A stretch of DNA of 63,672 nucleotides, counting the filler, from Sluysia triapertura (taxonomy: Eukaryota): assembly GCA_046118255.1 (NCBI GenBank). It is 5 parts of 5 records of this genome, joined end to end, with 100 filler letters (N's around TTAATTAATTAA, not from the genome) between each part and the next. Parts side by side here need not be neighbours in the genome. Positions count along the whole stretch, not along the records: positions 12,774 to 25,339 come from JBJNIA010098216.1; 4 more parts are not named here. The stretch is one strand, 5' to 3'. A program made the translations under genes and the position numbers. The number at the start of each line of letters is the position of its first letter. Within the stretch, counting starts at the first letter, position 1. Shown piece by piece: positions 12,774 to 25,439 of this stretch. Under the pieces are notes generated by a model. The model was not told the DNA's origin. It ran no database searches and worked only from the letters and a program-made list of their open reading frames with translations.

Positions 12774-13702
12774 AAATTTAAAACACATATACAAAACAAA
12801 TATACAATGTTAAAATGTACAGATCAAATTGTTAAAATTTAGAAACCTGACAAAATTATTCTTTAATATCAAAACGTCCTTGATTATAAATTTCACAAAT
12901 ATAAATCTTTTAATATTAACAAATTACTACCAGGCATGACACAACTTATCTAAGATAAATGTTGACATCCGTATTAAATAAAATATAATGAATAAAAAAC
13001 AGGTCATTAACCCTTTTCCTTAAATGTTTATTTACATAATTGCTAAAGAATAAGCTTCAATTTCACCGTTATCCACAGATCAATTGAAGCATCGTTCCTA
13101 CTCTTCTCTCCTTACTTTGTTTCTGATTTTCTGCAAAAATATGACTACTTATAAAGCAGTTTTACGATCAATAGGGAAATTGAAATTTTGACAAGACGGA
13201 AATTCAAACCGTTCATTCTTTTTTAGTCGGTGATAAGCCGACCAATTTTACTCATTGAATTTCGACAGCAATTTCCACTCCGTCCAATTTCATTACCTTT
13301 TTAATTATTTAAGATAATGGGATTTATGCTAAACAATCCCCTTATCTTTTCAATATCATTTAATGTCATCATTATATTATTATTGCATCGATAGATCAAT
13401 TTATTAACTTAATATGAAGATAAAATTAATAGAATAATACATTTACTTTTCTATAGTAATCTTTTGTATATATATTGTGCGTCAACCGTACGTCGCACGT
13501 CAAGTTCAATAACATATTTTAATTCCTATATTCATGAGCATTAATTTGATTTATACCTTACTTAGACTTAAACACCTGAACTTATTTAACTTTAAAAACT
13601 AATTAAAATAACTAATTTTTACGTTATCCACGTCGACTATCTCGTAATACTTCATCATTAAAATACTAATAAAACTCATAATTATATACTAAATATGATA
13701 TC

Positions 13703-13975
13703 ATTATATCATGAGCAGACACGTTTTACTCAGTTGTCAAACTAAACAAATTTTAATTAAGTCAATTAACAAATGTACTTTAATATTTTATCAAAAACTG
13801 CGTAAAGGGTTATTTCTTTTTATCTCATTTTTTGATTTGATTCAAATATTTTTTATGCTTATTTTTGCATCATATCTCATCCTAACATTTTATGTTTATA
13901 TTTATTTTATTTTGTTTTTCTGATTCCTGACCCTTATGTTTTCCCTTATTCTTCACTAATAATGACACTATTTAT
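13703..13975 (+). repeat. interspersed repeat shared with 54820-55090
   Basis: ATTATATCATGAGC...TTAATTAAGT(C/T)AATTAACAAATGTACTTTAATATTTTA present in both. Confidence 0.8.
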
Positions 13976-14384
13976 CCTTCGAAATTACTATTTATGCATT
14001 TTGAATATATCATCTAAAATTTGAATATAACATCTAAAATTTTAACAGAATAGGATCATATTTTCGAATATAGTTCCTTTCTCAGAAAACTTCCTTAAAG
14101 AGCCAGTTTTTGTTTAATGAACTTATGTAGAGATATATTTGGTTTTGTGTTTTCTGAAATATACGATTGGGATCATCATTAAACTTTATTTAAAATGTGG
14201 GATTTGTTTTTTGCATGTACTAAATAGTATTGTTAAAGTTAACATTTAAGTTTATTAATCACATTCTAAAGGTTAATAATATTTGGTTATAAGACCTAAT
14301 TTTGATTATGAAAGATTAAATTAGTGTGAAACAAAAAAAATTATTAAAAAATTAATATCAAGTTACAAAATTTAGAGTTAATAA

Positions 14385-17300
14385 TTATATAGTTATATTC
14401 ATTTCTTTGAATAATTTGCTCGCAATAACAAGGCGTTGTATTTCACTAGTTCCTTCATATATTTCAGTAATTCTAGCATCCCGATAATATCGTTCTGCTG
14501 GCATATCACAAATATAACCCATACCACCTAATATTTGAATAGCCTAAAAATAAAAATATTTAAAGTATAATTCAAATTTCAGAGTTAATAAACTAATAAA
14601 TAGTAATATAATATAAATAGTAAAATAATAATAATAGTAAATAAATTAATAAATCATGAACAAGAAAATTTCCAGCAATCAAAAGAAAAAAAACGGCTCT
14701 CTATTGCTCAGAAGAAATTATCAAATTTTATGAGAAATATATTTTTGACGCAGCGAGAAATTGCAACTGAATTCAAAGTCTCCGTTCGCGTTGTAAATAA
14801 TATTGCTAAAATAAATGTTCTTCGGTTATTATTTAAGACTTTCTTCCTAAGATTGACTTTTTCAATTTAAAATTAACAAAGAAAAAACTTTTAATGAAGG
14901 AAGGACGCTTTTAGTGATAATGATTAAGTAATTTCACTGTTCATTATAATTAATGAACTAGCTCTTTTTTCTGTGGGCTTGTTCATTAACAAGAGGGACG
15001 ACTGTACTTTTACTTTCAAATTCGTTTTTTTTTCAGATGACAATAAATCTGAATTAAATTATTTGTCATAACATAAAAACCAGCTTTAGGAAATCTGTTA
15101 ATAATTCTACTTGACGTTTTTATTATCCAGTAACAAGAATTAGTAGTAACATTCCTACTTTAATAAAGACTTTTTCGTATCATTCAGGCTCCAAATACTT
15201 CACGCAGTATAGTTTTAAATATTTAATTGATATTAATACCAAGGAATTGTAAATAGTTAATAATTTAAATTGTTTTTAATAGTTCTGTTACAAGAGTCTT
15301 CATATTACCTAAAAATAACAAAACTTGCTCTGATGAAAAATTCACCTTAACATATGCCGCATATCATAACATAATCTTATCAATCCTAATTTTTTTATTT
15401 TTTACAATAATTCCTTGTGGAATATGAATGTGACCTCTAATAAAAAATGCTTTTTATGAAAAAGTGGAAAAAAATGACACTTTTCGTAGAAAATTTAAAA
15501 CAATTCAGAAATCTAATAATTTGTTAAATAGATTATATGGCCCTATTTTATTTTGTAGCTGCAATCAATATTTTTATACTGCATTTCTTTCCTTGATCTG
15601 AACTAATTTTGGAAAAAATTATTAAACAATTCTGGAAACAATAATCTAACCTGATGCGCAATAAAAGTAGCTGCTTCTGAAGCCGCTAATTTCGCCATAG
15701 CAGCTTCTTTTGTACAATTTTCTCCTTTGTCATGCAATCTAGCAGCACGCCATGTTAATAACCTTGCAGATTCTAACCGTGTACTCATATCAGCTAGTTT
15801 AAATTGAATAGCTTGTAATTTTCCTATTGGCTGATTAAAACAAATTCTTTTTGATGAATATTCAATTGCACATTCCAAGGCTGCCTAAATTAATGTTTGA
15901 TTATTAAGAAAATGAACAATTTATTTTCCAACATTTCTGTCTATCATTCTGTAACTATTACATATTTAAGGTACAATTATTGAATTCCTAGTATACAAAC
16001 AAATACTTAGTATAAATACATAACCAAATATAATGATTATAGTATAAATTACAAATGCAAGACCTTGAAAAGAGCAAGATATATACCGATTATAAATCTA
16101 CTACAAATTATTCACAACCGATGGTTTATTAAGAGCAGACAGTGTCAAACAGTTAAAAGTGTCAGGTAAACAAAAATCAGCTGACGTTCAAGCAGCATCA
16201 CAATTTAATGAATCTTTTCTAGATACCTTAGCAAAATATTTTTTAACTTCAGAAGAAATCTACAATGCCGATGAAACTGTGCTTTGTTGAAGGTGTTCAC
16301 CTCAGCAAATCATTAGCATTAGCCAGCTCATTTATGAATTCGCTTGATACAGATGATGTTAAAGCATGGATAAAATATGATGATAAGGGAAGTAATGATT
16401 TCAAAAATAAATCAGATTCTTGTTCAAATGTCCAAACAAAAATTTTGAACAGATATCATTGGAGGATTCAGAGAAGTCAATGGAGAATGTGCTCAAATTC
16501 ATAGAGAATAACCCTTGTTTTACAGAAGACTGCCTTACGCAAGCATAAGTTTCAAAGCCAACAAAATTCCGACCTTCGTAATCTTGTTAAAGGCACTTTA
16601 GATGCAGCCCAGTATCCAACAAATGAGTTAGTCATTGATGAACTGGGAGAAGCCAGTATAACAGATGAATAAAGATTTTATTTAACTAAAACACCAACCA
16701 CCTGCAAAATTAAGTATTAATAAAATTTGGTTAATAAAATACTTAAAAGCGTAGAAAATCACTAGTTATTCAGTTTAAAGAATGTTTCTTTATTTAAGTG
16801 TATGAAATGCATTTATTATATAATTTTTAGAATATGCAATTATCTACGTACAGTTATTAAAATACACTTGTTTGATTTTGCAAATTTGATATATAATAAA
16901 CATTGGCTTTCAAAAGCATATCATCTTTAAAATGCAGAAAATCTTCTCCACTTATAACGAAACCTCACGTAATCAAAAAATTAATGCCACAACAGAGCAT
17001 TAGAAATACTTTGTTATTAATAACTTAAACCTGAGCAATACCAAGTGCCTGGCCAGCAATTCCGATACGCCCTTTATCTAGCGTTTCCATCGCTATTTTA
17101 AAACCAGCTCCAGGAGATCCCAATAGTGCGCTAGACGGAATGTGACAGTCTTCATAAAAAAGTTGAGAAGTACTGGTTCCACGAATACCTAATTTATTTT
17201 CTTTTTTACCCAAGGTTAATCCCTTTGTTGGCATTTCCATAACAAACGCACTTATTCCTTTGTGCTTCTTAGATTTATCTGTTGTAGCAAATAATATCAC

Positions 17301-17944
17301 TCCACCAGCTTCATAAGAATTTGTAATCCACATTTTTGTACCATTAATACACCAGCCGGATTTTGTTTGAGTTGCAGTTGTTGATGCTGCACCAGCATCA
17401 CTACCTAAACAATGTCAATCACATAATTTAAAAACTATATCTACCATTTCCAGGTTCTGATAAAGCAAAGCAGCCAACTTTACCAGAATTTAAAAATGGC
17501 TTTCCAAACTTTTGCCACTGTTCATCAGTTGCATATTTTAATAATGGTCCAATATAAAGACTATTATGACCAGACATTATAGTACCACAAGACGCACAAC
17601 CCCTACTAATTTCTTCCATAGCTATAACATAGGCTAAATAATCCATTCCAGTTCCACCTTTCGATTCAGGTACAACTAAACTCATTAAACCCAATTCAGC
17701 CATTTGTTTAATCTAGATTGCAAATAACAATGAAATATTCAAGTACTTCTTCTAATGGATAAGAATGATCCCTGTCATGTTTAGATGCACTTTGCATTAA
17801 AACTTTGTTTGCAAAATCTCTACATGTCTTCTGTAACAATTTATGGGATTGAGGAAGTTCGGAAGATGTAAAAGATTTAACTAATTGATGAATAATTGAA
17901 GATATTCTAATAGATTCCTTTTTATAAGTCAATTTAAAAAACAT
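14385..17944 (-). CDS. ACADS: mitochondrial short-chain specific acyl-CoA dehydrogenase, complete, 5 exons, ~410 aa
   Basis: Exons 17944-17747, 17712-17445, 17404-17031, 15884-15651 and 14543-14385 (1233 nt, in frame, all GT-AG). Motifs: [83 protein letters not shown]. Confidence 0.95.
14980..15006 (-). mobile_element. isolated pogo/Tigger-like terminal repeat
   Basis: Reverse strand reads TA|CAGTCGTCCCTC..., typical of Tigger/pogo ends; partner end not found. Confidence 0.35.
16110..16500 (+). mobile_element. pogo/Tigger (Jerky-like) transposase remnant in ACADS intron 3
   Basis: [18 protein letters not shown]...[16 protein letters not shown] matches Tigger SGE..SAD...IYNADETGLFW; later DDVKAWI. 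Confidence 0.8.
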
Positions 17945-20209
17945 TCCTGTATAATATATAGACTAATCCTTTTAATGAAATTTTTATCATTGATAAATTA
18001 TGATCAAAACCTTTACATTATTTGTTTAGTATTTTTTAATATAAAATCTTGCGATAATCTGAAAATATCAAAAATTTTAATTGAGGGTTTATTTATATTG
18101 AAGTAAAGGTAACTTTTGCATTATTAAAACCTATCCATTTATTTAAAATAATTTAGGTAACAGTTTCAATTTCTAATAGTAAATTATCTGATAACCATTA
18201 AAATTGAAAACAATCATTTCAAATGTAAATAATAATGACCAGTAAAATTCATGACTAGAATAAGCAATATACAGTGTGCATTGTGAAAGTATAATTGAAA
18301 ATATTTTTATTTCTATTGTAGTAATGACTTACAGTCATGGCCTTCATATGATGTTATGGATTTACGTAGAAGTTTGAAATCACAATATTTAAGCTTATAT
18401 GGTGCCTTGACATGCATAAGTGTAAGATTGTGTAACACATTGTGTATGTTGTCGCAAATCGTACTCTATGATCAACGTATTCGATGAGGTCATTGGATTA
18501 AGAAATGTGGTCAGTATGTCTTGTATCAATGTCAACGTTAAAAATACCAATGTCATTGTAATTATATTGGTTATGAAGCACGAAATTTTCGGAAGGTAAT
18601 CGACGATTTAGTATATAGTTTAGGAATATTTTAATTTTTGGAATAAAATTTTAAATGAATGCTTGAACCCCCACAATTTCAACAGTGTAAGAATATTAAA
18701 ATGTCAATCTCAAGTTATAATTGTTAGTCGAAATTATCAACTTTAAAATCTTCCAATCACTTTATAATGAAATAATTTACAATTTCATCATATAATTATA
18801 CTTTAGTTCTATACGTTACAATGACTTTATAATTATTGTTATGGGCCATTTTTAAATTATAATTTATGCATGTTTTAGGATAACGAAATTCCTTACGGAA
18901 AATTTGAAGAAATCAAATTTAATAAAATATTGTTTAAATATTCATAATTATTTAAAAAAGTAAAGCGTAGATGCAAATCTTTAAGATAGACTTATTTAAT
19001 TATCACACATTTTCAGATGTTTTACGATAAGTTTTTGTTGTGCCTTTAAATATTTCAAATAAACTCTTTAATAACTTTTAAATTCAAAACTTTAAAAATT
19101 TCACAAGAATGGAAATCAACGTATCATGTATACATTTCGTAATAAATATAACTTTAGAATATTCAAAGTTTACAACTATCTTAGTCCTATATTGACTTTA
19201 ATTACAACATTTTATTTTAAATGAATTTTATATCTCTATTTAAAATGAAGTTTTGTTGGTATTATTCAACTGTTGAGTAAAAAACTGGTAAGAAAGATGC
19301 GGAATTGAAGAATTAATGAAGAATTGATAAAATATGTATAATATAATAAAATATGTTCAAGTGTGAATGATAAAGATGAAGATGTCATTTTGAGAATACC
19401 TTAGAGTTACAAAGACCTTTATAAGATGTTGAGACCCTTGGGCTTGAGAACATTCGGACCATTTAAGATGGTCAAACTCCTTACACCTGATTTTATAACA
19501 GTATCAGCATGTAACAAATACGGAACTCGTAACATAATTAAGAAAATTTCCAGTTTAAACATAATCCTCAAATATTTCACAGTTTTTCTTACATTCTATG
19601 CACTACAACCTTAATAATCAAGAAAACTGTGTCATTCAATAAAACATTTAAAGATTTTAATCATGCAACAATAACGTTACATTAGACAAATTTACTCTAC
19701 AAATAATGCACAAACTAAAACAATTCACATTAATACAATAATAAAGAAAGAGAACAACACAGCCCAGAGAATCCACTTCAGAAGAAGAAAATTTAAACCT
19801 TACAAATCGAGTCCATTTAACAAAATCATCCTACAGATCATTTGAAACTCAAATAAATTATATTTTTACAATATTAAAATATTACAACATAATTCAGTAA
19901 ATCTACGTCTTATCATAAGTTTAGAAATCACTAAGTAAGTCGTATACATCGTGCACAATGCACTTTAATACTTACACAATACTTACACAATCATTTTAAA
20001 TATTCCTACTGTTTGGGAACAGGTCTGAAGTGCCGCAGAATAATGATAGTATAATTGAATATAATAAACAAAGTTGTTAGGCGGGCCTGACAGTGGTTAG
20101 ATTTTTTTATCTTTTATACTTTTACTTTAGATTATCAAACAAATTTAGAATCTCGATATGTTCTTTAAAATGTCACAATTATACAACGAAAATTCTTTTA
20201 TATTAATAT

Positions 20210-21960
20210 GTTGAGATTGCCCAACTGTATATAAGGAGATGAGTGAGATATGTAGAACTATAAAATGAAGAAAGAACTGATACAAAGTGATTGATTGAAT
20301 ATTATAAACATTGTTCGAATAAGAATCTTGAAAATGAAAACATCTATAATAATGTTAACAGCTAAATAATATAAGGGTTTGAGACCTTATGGAAGCTTGC
20401 GATGGACTTGGAAAAACTTTTGAAGCATTGTGGTACCTTTGAACTTGTGAACCTTTAGATCATTTAAGACTTTTAGTAATCTTTAATTATTCTTGGATCA
20501 TCGATGAGCATTTGAGATCCTTTAGTAATCTTACAGTGTTTAAAATCTTTAAAATGTTATTGCTATTAAAGATAAATCTACTATTATAATAATTAACATA
20601 AAAAAGTAGAAAAAGGAATCAGACAGGTGAAGGTGAAAACATCGAGAGCCTACTGAATGCCTTAAAAACTACTAAATAACTTTAGGACCTTAATAAAACC
20701 TTTAAGCAAAAAATAGGATTAAGTTTAAAAACATATTAATTAATTAAAATCTAAATTAACTTATTGAAGAAAAAGTACGTTTTTTGTGAACAACGTTTGA
20801 ATACGGAATGTTGTATTAAATTTGAAACTGTGCATGCATTTGTTTTGAAAAAACCTTTCGATGAAGGTATGGTTTGACAAATTTGATGCAAGGAAAGCCT
20901 TAAATTAGCAAAGTCAAATTTTAATTAATTTTTAATTATGGAATGTTGCATTTTTTATACTTAGAGTGATGCGAATGCATTGAATTGAATATGAGATGAT
21001 AGCTATGGAAGAGGAGAATCTAGAATTGAGTTTGAAATGTTTGTAGAACGGTTTGTTTCAGAATAAGAAAATTGGGTCTGAAAAATTAAATTAAATTCTG
21101 AAAACTAAAATTAAATTCTTTATGTATGTTAACAATAACAATGATTATTATATTAATGTGAGAATTAATTTAAGTAAAAGTAGATTGAGTAGAGTAAAGG
21201 AAAATAATATATAATCGTAAATCAATTTTTTGTGTTTTGTAACTAATAAAGTTTGATAGTCTGTGCCATGTAACTGTCAAAGTTATTATTGTCGGATTAA
21301 TTCTCAAAGCATGTTGCGGTGATTTGTGTGAGAAATGTTTAATCAAAAATTTGGGAATGATTGGATGGTGAGAAAATATAAAAAGGAATAAGAAAAATTT
21401 TTACCTCACGACAACCACAAGACAACAGTAACAACAACAATTAATAATGCAAATGAGAAGATTCATGCTTTAAGTAATGTTTGAATTTATTTTATAATTA
21501 AAAATAATATTATTTTTGGGGGATTTTATTAGAATAGTTTTTGGGAAATTTATATTTGATTATTATTAAGAAATAATCGTGAATAATAATTAATATTTTT
21601 CTTAGTGTTTGTTGCGTTACTCCTGGTTTCTTTAGTCAGATTGTTATATTTTTGATACTATTATAAACGTTTTTATTAATCTCGTCATTTTTCTCATTTT
21701 TGGTATTCTTTAGTAGAGATTTATAATAATAAGTTGTATTTGATTTTTCTTTAACCAGTAAATTATTTTGTTGTTATTAATTTGATTTTCAAAAATTTAA
21801 TTTTGGGGTGAATAATTATTATTATCAAAGTAAGAGTATTACTGAAAATTTATACTTGATATAGTGACTAATTAAATTATTAAGATTCATTTTAAGCTAA
21901 TTAAAATAATATTGATTTATCACAGCTAATAATTTTCAAAGGCGCAACATTTATATAATA
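20210..21960 (+). repeat. repeat family B, copy 1 (empty TRIM site)
   Basis: Colinear with 29250-31850 (GATTGCCCAACTGTA, AAGGGTTTGAGACC.TATGGAAG, AGGTGAAGGTGAAAACATC); partial extra copy near 19320-19470. Confidence 0.9.
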
Positions 21961-22199
21961 GGCAGTGTTGGAGTTTAATATAATTATTTAAATTTTGAAT
22001 TAAGATTAAAATTTAATAGAATTTTGGATTGGATTTATTAAAATAAATTGTAATCTTAATTAAATTCTCGTTTTTTAATTCTTTATTGTCTTTAGCTTTT
22101 GAAATATAATACAAATTATAAATAAATTATAACTGCATGAAAATTTATTAAAAATACATTTAATGTTAATTATTTTTATCCGAGATATGCCTTCATTCA

Positions 22200-23282
22200 G
22201 TCGATACATTTCGCCATCTAAATAAAAATCATAAAAATTAATGTCACTATAAAAGGGTTAAGAAATAATTACTTTGAGTTCATTAGTACACGAATTGTTA
22301 TTGATCCAACTTAGATTTGATACTCTGAGACTTCTTAGATGCTTGAAATTCTTGAGGAAAGATCGAGGTATTGTAGAAATTCAGTATTGGTAATTGTTAG
22401 TTGGTTCACTGTGCGGGCGTAAATACAGCTGATACCATGCCTAACCCAAATTCCATCTTGATTGCTGTTGAATAGGCAGATTGCCTTTTCGGTAACTTGA
22501 TTAGAATTTAATAAGTTCATAGTATTTGTGAGTTTCTTCGATTGCAAGTCATCTTTGAATTCAGTATTATTTAAACTGCCAGTAGGAATTTTGATGTTTT
22601 CTTCATTTTTATTTGCATGTTTTGATGTTGAATATTCTGCGGTATAACCTCTAATATCCGCCTTAACGTTAAATAGTTCTGCATGCTGTGTTTGTGAATC
22701 TTGAGAAGAACCATCATCATCATCAATACTAGTTATAATAGGTTCCACATACTTCATTGATAAGTACTTAACATTGGAAACTTCAGATAAATTGACAACA
22801 ACATCATTTGAATCTAAGTTGGCTAACTTTAACATATCTGACTTGAGCCAAGTGTTTATTAAAAGCAATAATATATCAGGTTTGGAATATGATTCTTTAG
22901 TTGACTTGGATAATGCCCGTTTTAATTGCAATGATGTCGTGTGGACAGTGTATTCAAAAAATTCTTTAACACAAACTCCACTTTAGTACTAACTTTAGAA
23001 TGATGTACATCATTATGATCATTGCGACACTTCATTACTTTATTTTCTGACAGTGCTTGTGAAAGGATTTATCCAATTTGTTCGTAATAGAAACTCAACG
23101 TACCAATGTGACAAATTGTTAAATGTATCTTTACTTGAAACAACCTAAGTTCGAATGCGACTATTGTTATCCAGATAAGATGTAACACCAAGGGAGTGCA
23201 ACCAATTTAGGCCTGTTGTGTTGCAAATTTGGAGAACTATAACTCTATCATTAAGTTCAATAATTTTAGCAGAAAAATCCAT
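22200..23282 (-). pseudogene. family A gene, disrupted (includes ORF 22335-22931)
   Basis: ATG at 23282 downstream of the palindrome. KYVEPIITSIDD...QDSQTQHAELFNVKADIRGYTAE is clearly paralogous to KYVDSIITSVDD...QDTQTQRAVLIDMMADIKDYTAE at 52234-52941. Confidence 0.7.
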
Positions 23283-23524
23283 AAAATAGTGGCTTTATAT
23301 TGATACTTAAAATTATTATTTATGTAACGATTCATAATAGATATTTTGTCAACTCCACTATCACTTACCAAAATAAATTTTAACGTTAACGTAAAAACTG
23401 ATATAAATTTTCAAGTTACTAAAATATTGATAAAGTTTTCTTTTTTAGTTATGGCATTACTGAAAATTTTCAAATTATAAGAATTTTCAAATTCTGTATG
23501 TAGTGATTATTAGTTTGTCTGTAT

Positions 23525-23584
23525 TGGTTGTCCAACCAGAGATATATAAAAGTAATGATAAAGTTTGCACTGGTTGGACAGCCA
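23525..23584. promoter_or_regulatory. family A double-dyad palindrome, copy 2
   Basis: TGGTTGTCCAACCAG, 30-nt spacer, CTGGTTGGACAGCCA; module in reverse orientation to copy 1. Confidence 0.6.
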
Positions 23585-24770
23585 GTAATAATCATTGTTG
23601 CTTATTGATTGATGAAACGAAGTCTAATTAGAAACATCACAACCATCATCAACAGTGGCATTGTACTATTTATGTAAACCAAATTACGTAAATTATTTTA
23701 ACGTTACAATTAATAAAAAAATAAAATTGATAATAATAATAATATATATTATTATAATAATAACAATACAGTGTCATTATTATTATTACTTCTACATAAA
23801 TTCTTCATTTTTCAAGAACACAAACTTTCTTGACATTTAAAGGTAAGAAAAATGATGAAATCAAGGATCATAATAATAGCAACAACAATGTTATTGTTAT
23901 TATTATTATTTATTATTATTATTATTATTTATTATTATTATTATTACAAATGCATGGAGTTACTCTTATATCATTAATTTTTTTACATTTAAATCTTAAA
24001 AACTTAAACACTGTTATTATCTTGTGATTCTAGAGATTTATGATTTGAGATGTTTTAAATTAGTTTTAAATGTATGTTTGGTGTTTTAAGGTGTGATTGT
24101 GGTTATAATGCTGTATGATAAGGTGTAGAATGTTTACAATGAATTTTTGGATACTAATTAGTCTTTTTAACTGAAGATGTATTAGATTGTAGAAGGTTTT
24201 TTGGAATTGTGTAAATTGTGTAAATTTAAATGTTGTTTGTAAATTTATGAAATTTAAACATCATTTGTTAAATTATAAACAAAATTAAACGCAATTTCAC
24301 AAAATCAATAACTTACAATTCGTGTTTAAATTAAATTTATTAGAGAAAAATTTATTTGGATTAATTTACATAAGTTATAAAAGTAAGCTTTTATATATTA
24401 ATTTTTAATCTTTTATTAATTTTAATTTTTAATTTTGTAAGTGAAGTAATATAATATTTATTATTCTGTATTATTAAAAATTTCTTAATTTTTAAGACAA
24501 TCTTTTGTTTTAAAAATATAGTGACCTCAAGGTCACATTTTAAGGTATATAAACACGTATTAAAGAATGAATAATTTCAATTTTTCTTTTGACATTAACT
24601 AACGATAATGTTGGTAATGTCTAAGCGATCTGAAAGAAATTGTAAATGGATCCTGATTCTATGATGTCTTCAAAGCCAATTAACAACCTTGAAGTAGTAG
24701 CAACTTGATTAATGTTAAATTATATATTTGTGTGAGAAAAGTGAAACAAATATAATAAAATAAGTTAAAG

Positions 24771-24830
24771 ATGTGAGTCCACCAACTTAGTCATTTACCT
24801 GCTAGGGCCAGCCGTTGGATTTTTATAAGA
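24771..24830 (+). repeat. short repeat, inverted homologue at 26936-26996
   Basis: GTGAGTCCACCAAC...TAGGGCCAGCCGTTGGATTT vs reverse complement GTGAGTTCACCAAC...TAGGGCTAGCCATTGGATTT. Confidence 0.7.
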
Positions 24831-25339
24831 TAAATTAAAGAGTAAATAAATTAAGATAAGATAAGAAAGTAAGTTAATTGAATGCTTTTTATCTGAAGGT
24901 AAATATTCTTGCTACTTTAGAAGATCTTTGTAATTTAAATTGTAAAATTAAATAAATCAAATTTAATTGTATATTTTACGCCAGATTCCTTTTATATGGA
25001 ATAGTAAATAGGATTTTACTTGCTAGAATTAAATTCTAGTCTCTTGAAAACTGTTAAAATGTATGACTTTAATGGAATTTAAAACTATGTAAGTTATAAA
25101 TAAGAAATTACAAGGAAAAATCTTTTATTTTCGTTAAAGAATACAATGAACAAATATTATTAATAATAGTAATAAAATTTACATTAACTAACTATCTCTG
25201 GTTAGTTGTAATTAAATATATTTTATAAAAATGATTTTTCTTAAGATCGTTATATGATCTAAAGTATTATTAATAAAATTTAAGTCAATTTTTACTCGTG
25301 ATATTTATATCGCCCTTAAAAATATTAAACTAACGTCAT

Positions 25340-25439
25340 NNNNNNNNNNNNNNNNNNNNNNNNNNNNNNNNNNNNNNNNNNNNTTAATTAATTAANNNNN
25401 NNNNNNNNNNNNNNNNNNNNNNNNNNNNNNNNNNNNNNN
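25340..25439. other. artificial contig linker
   Basis: 44 N + TTAATTAATTAA + 44 N. Confidence 0.97.

Noticed and set aside
23655-24027. Short Ile/Asn/Tyr-rich ORFs (also 38153-38344, 47520-47891, 57923-58135)
   Set aside because: Products of (AAT)n microsatellites and AT bias.
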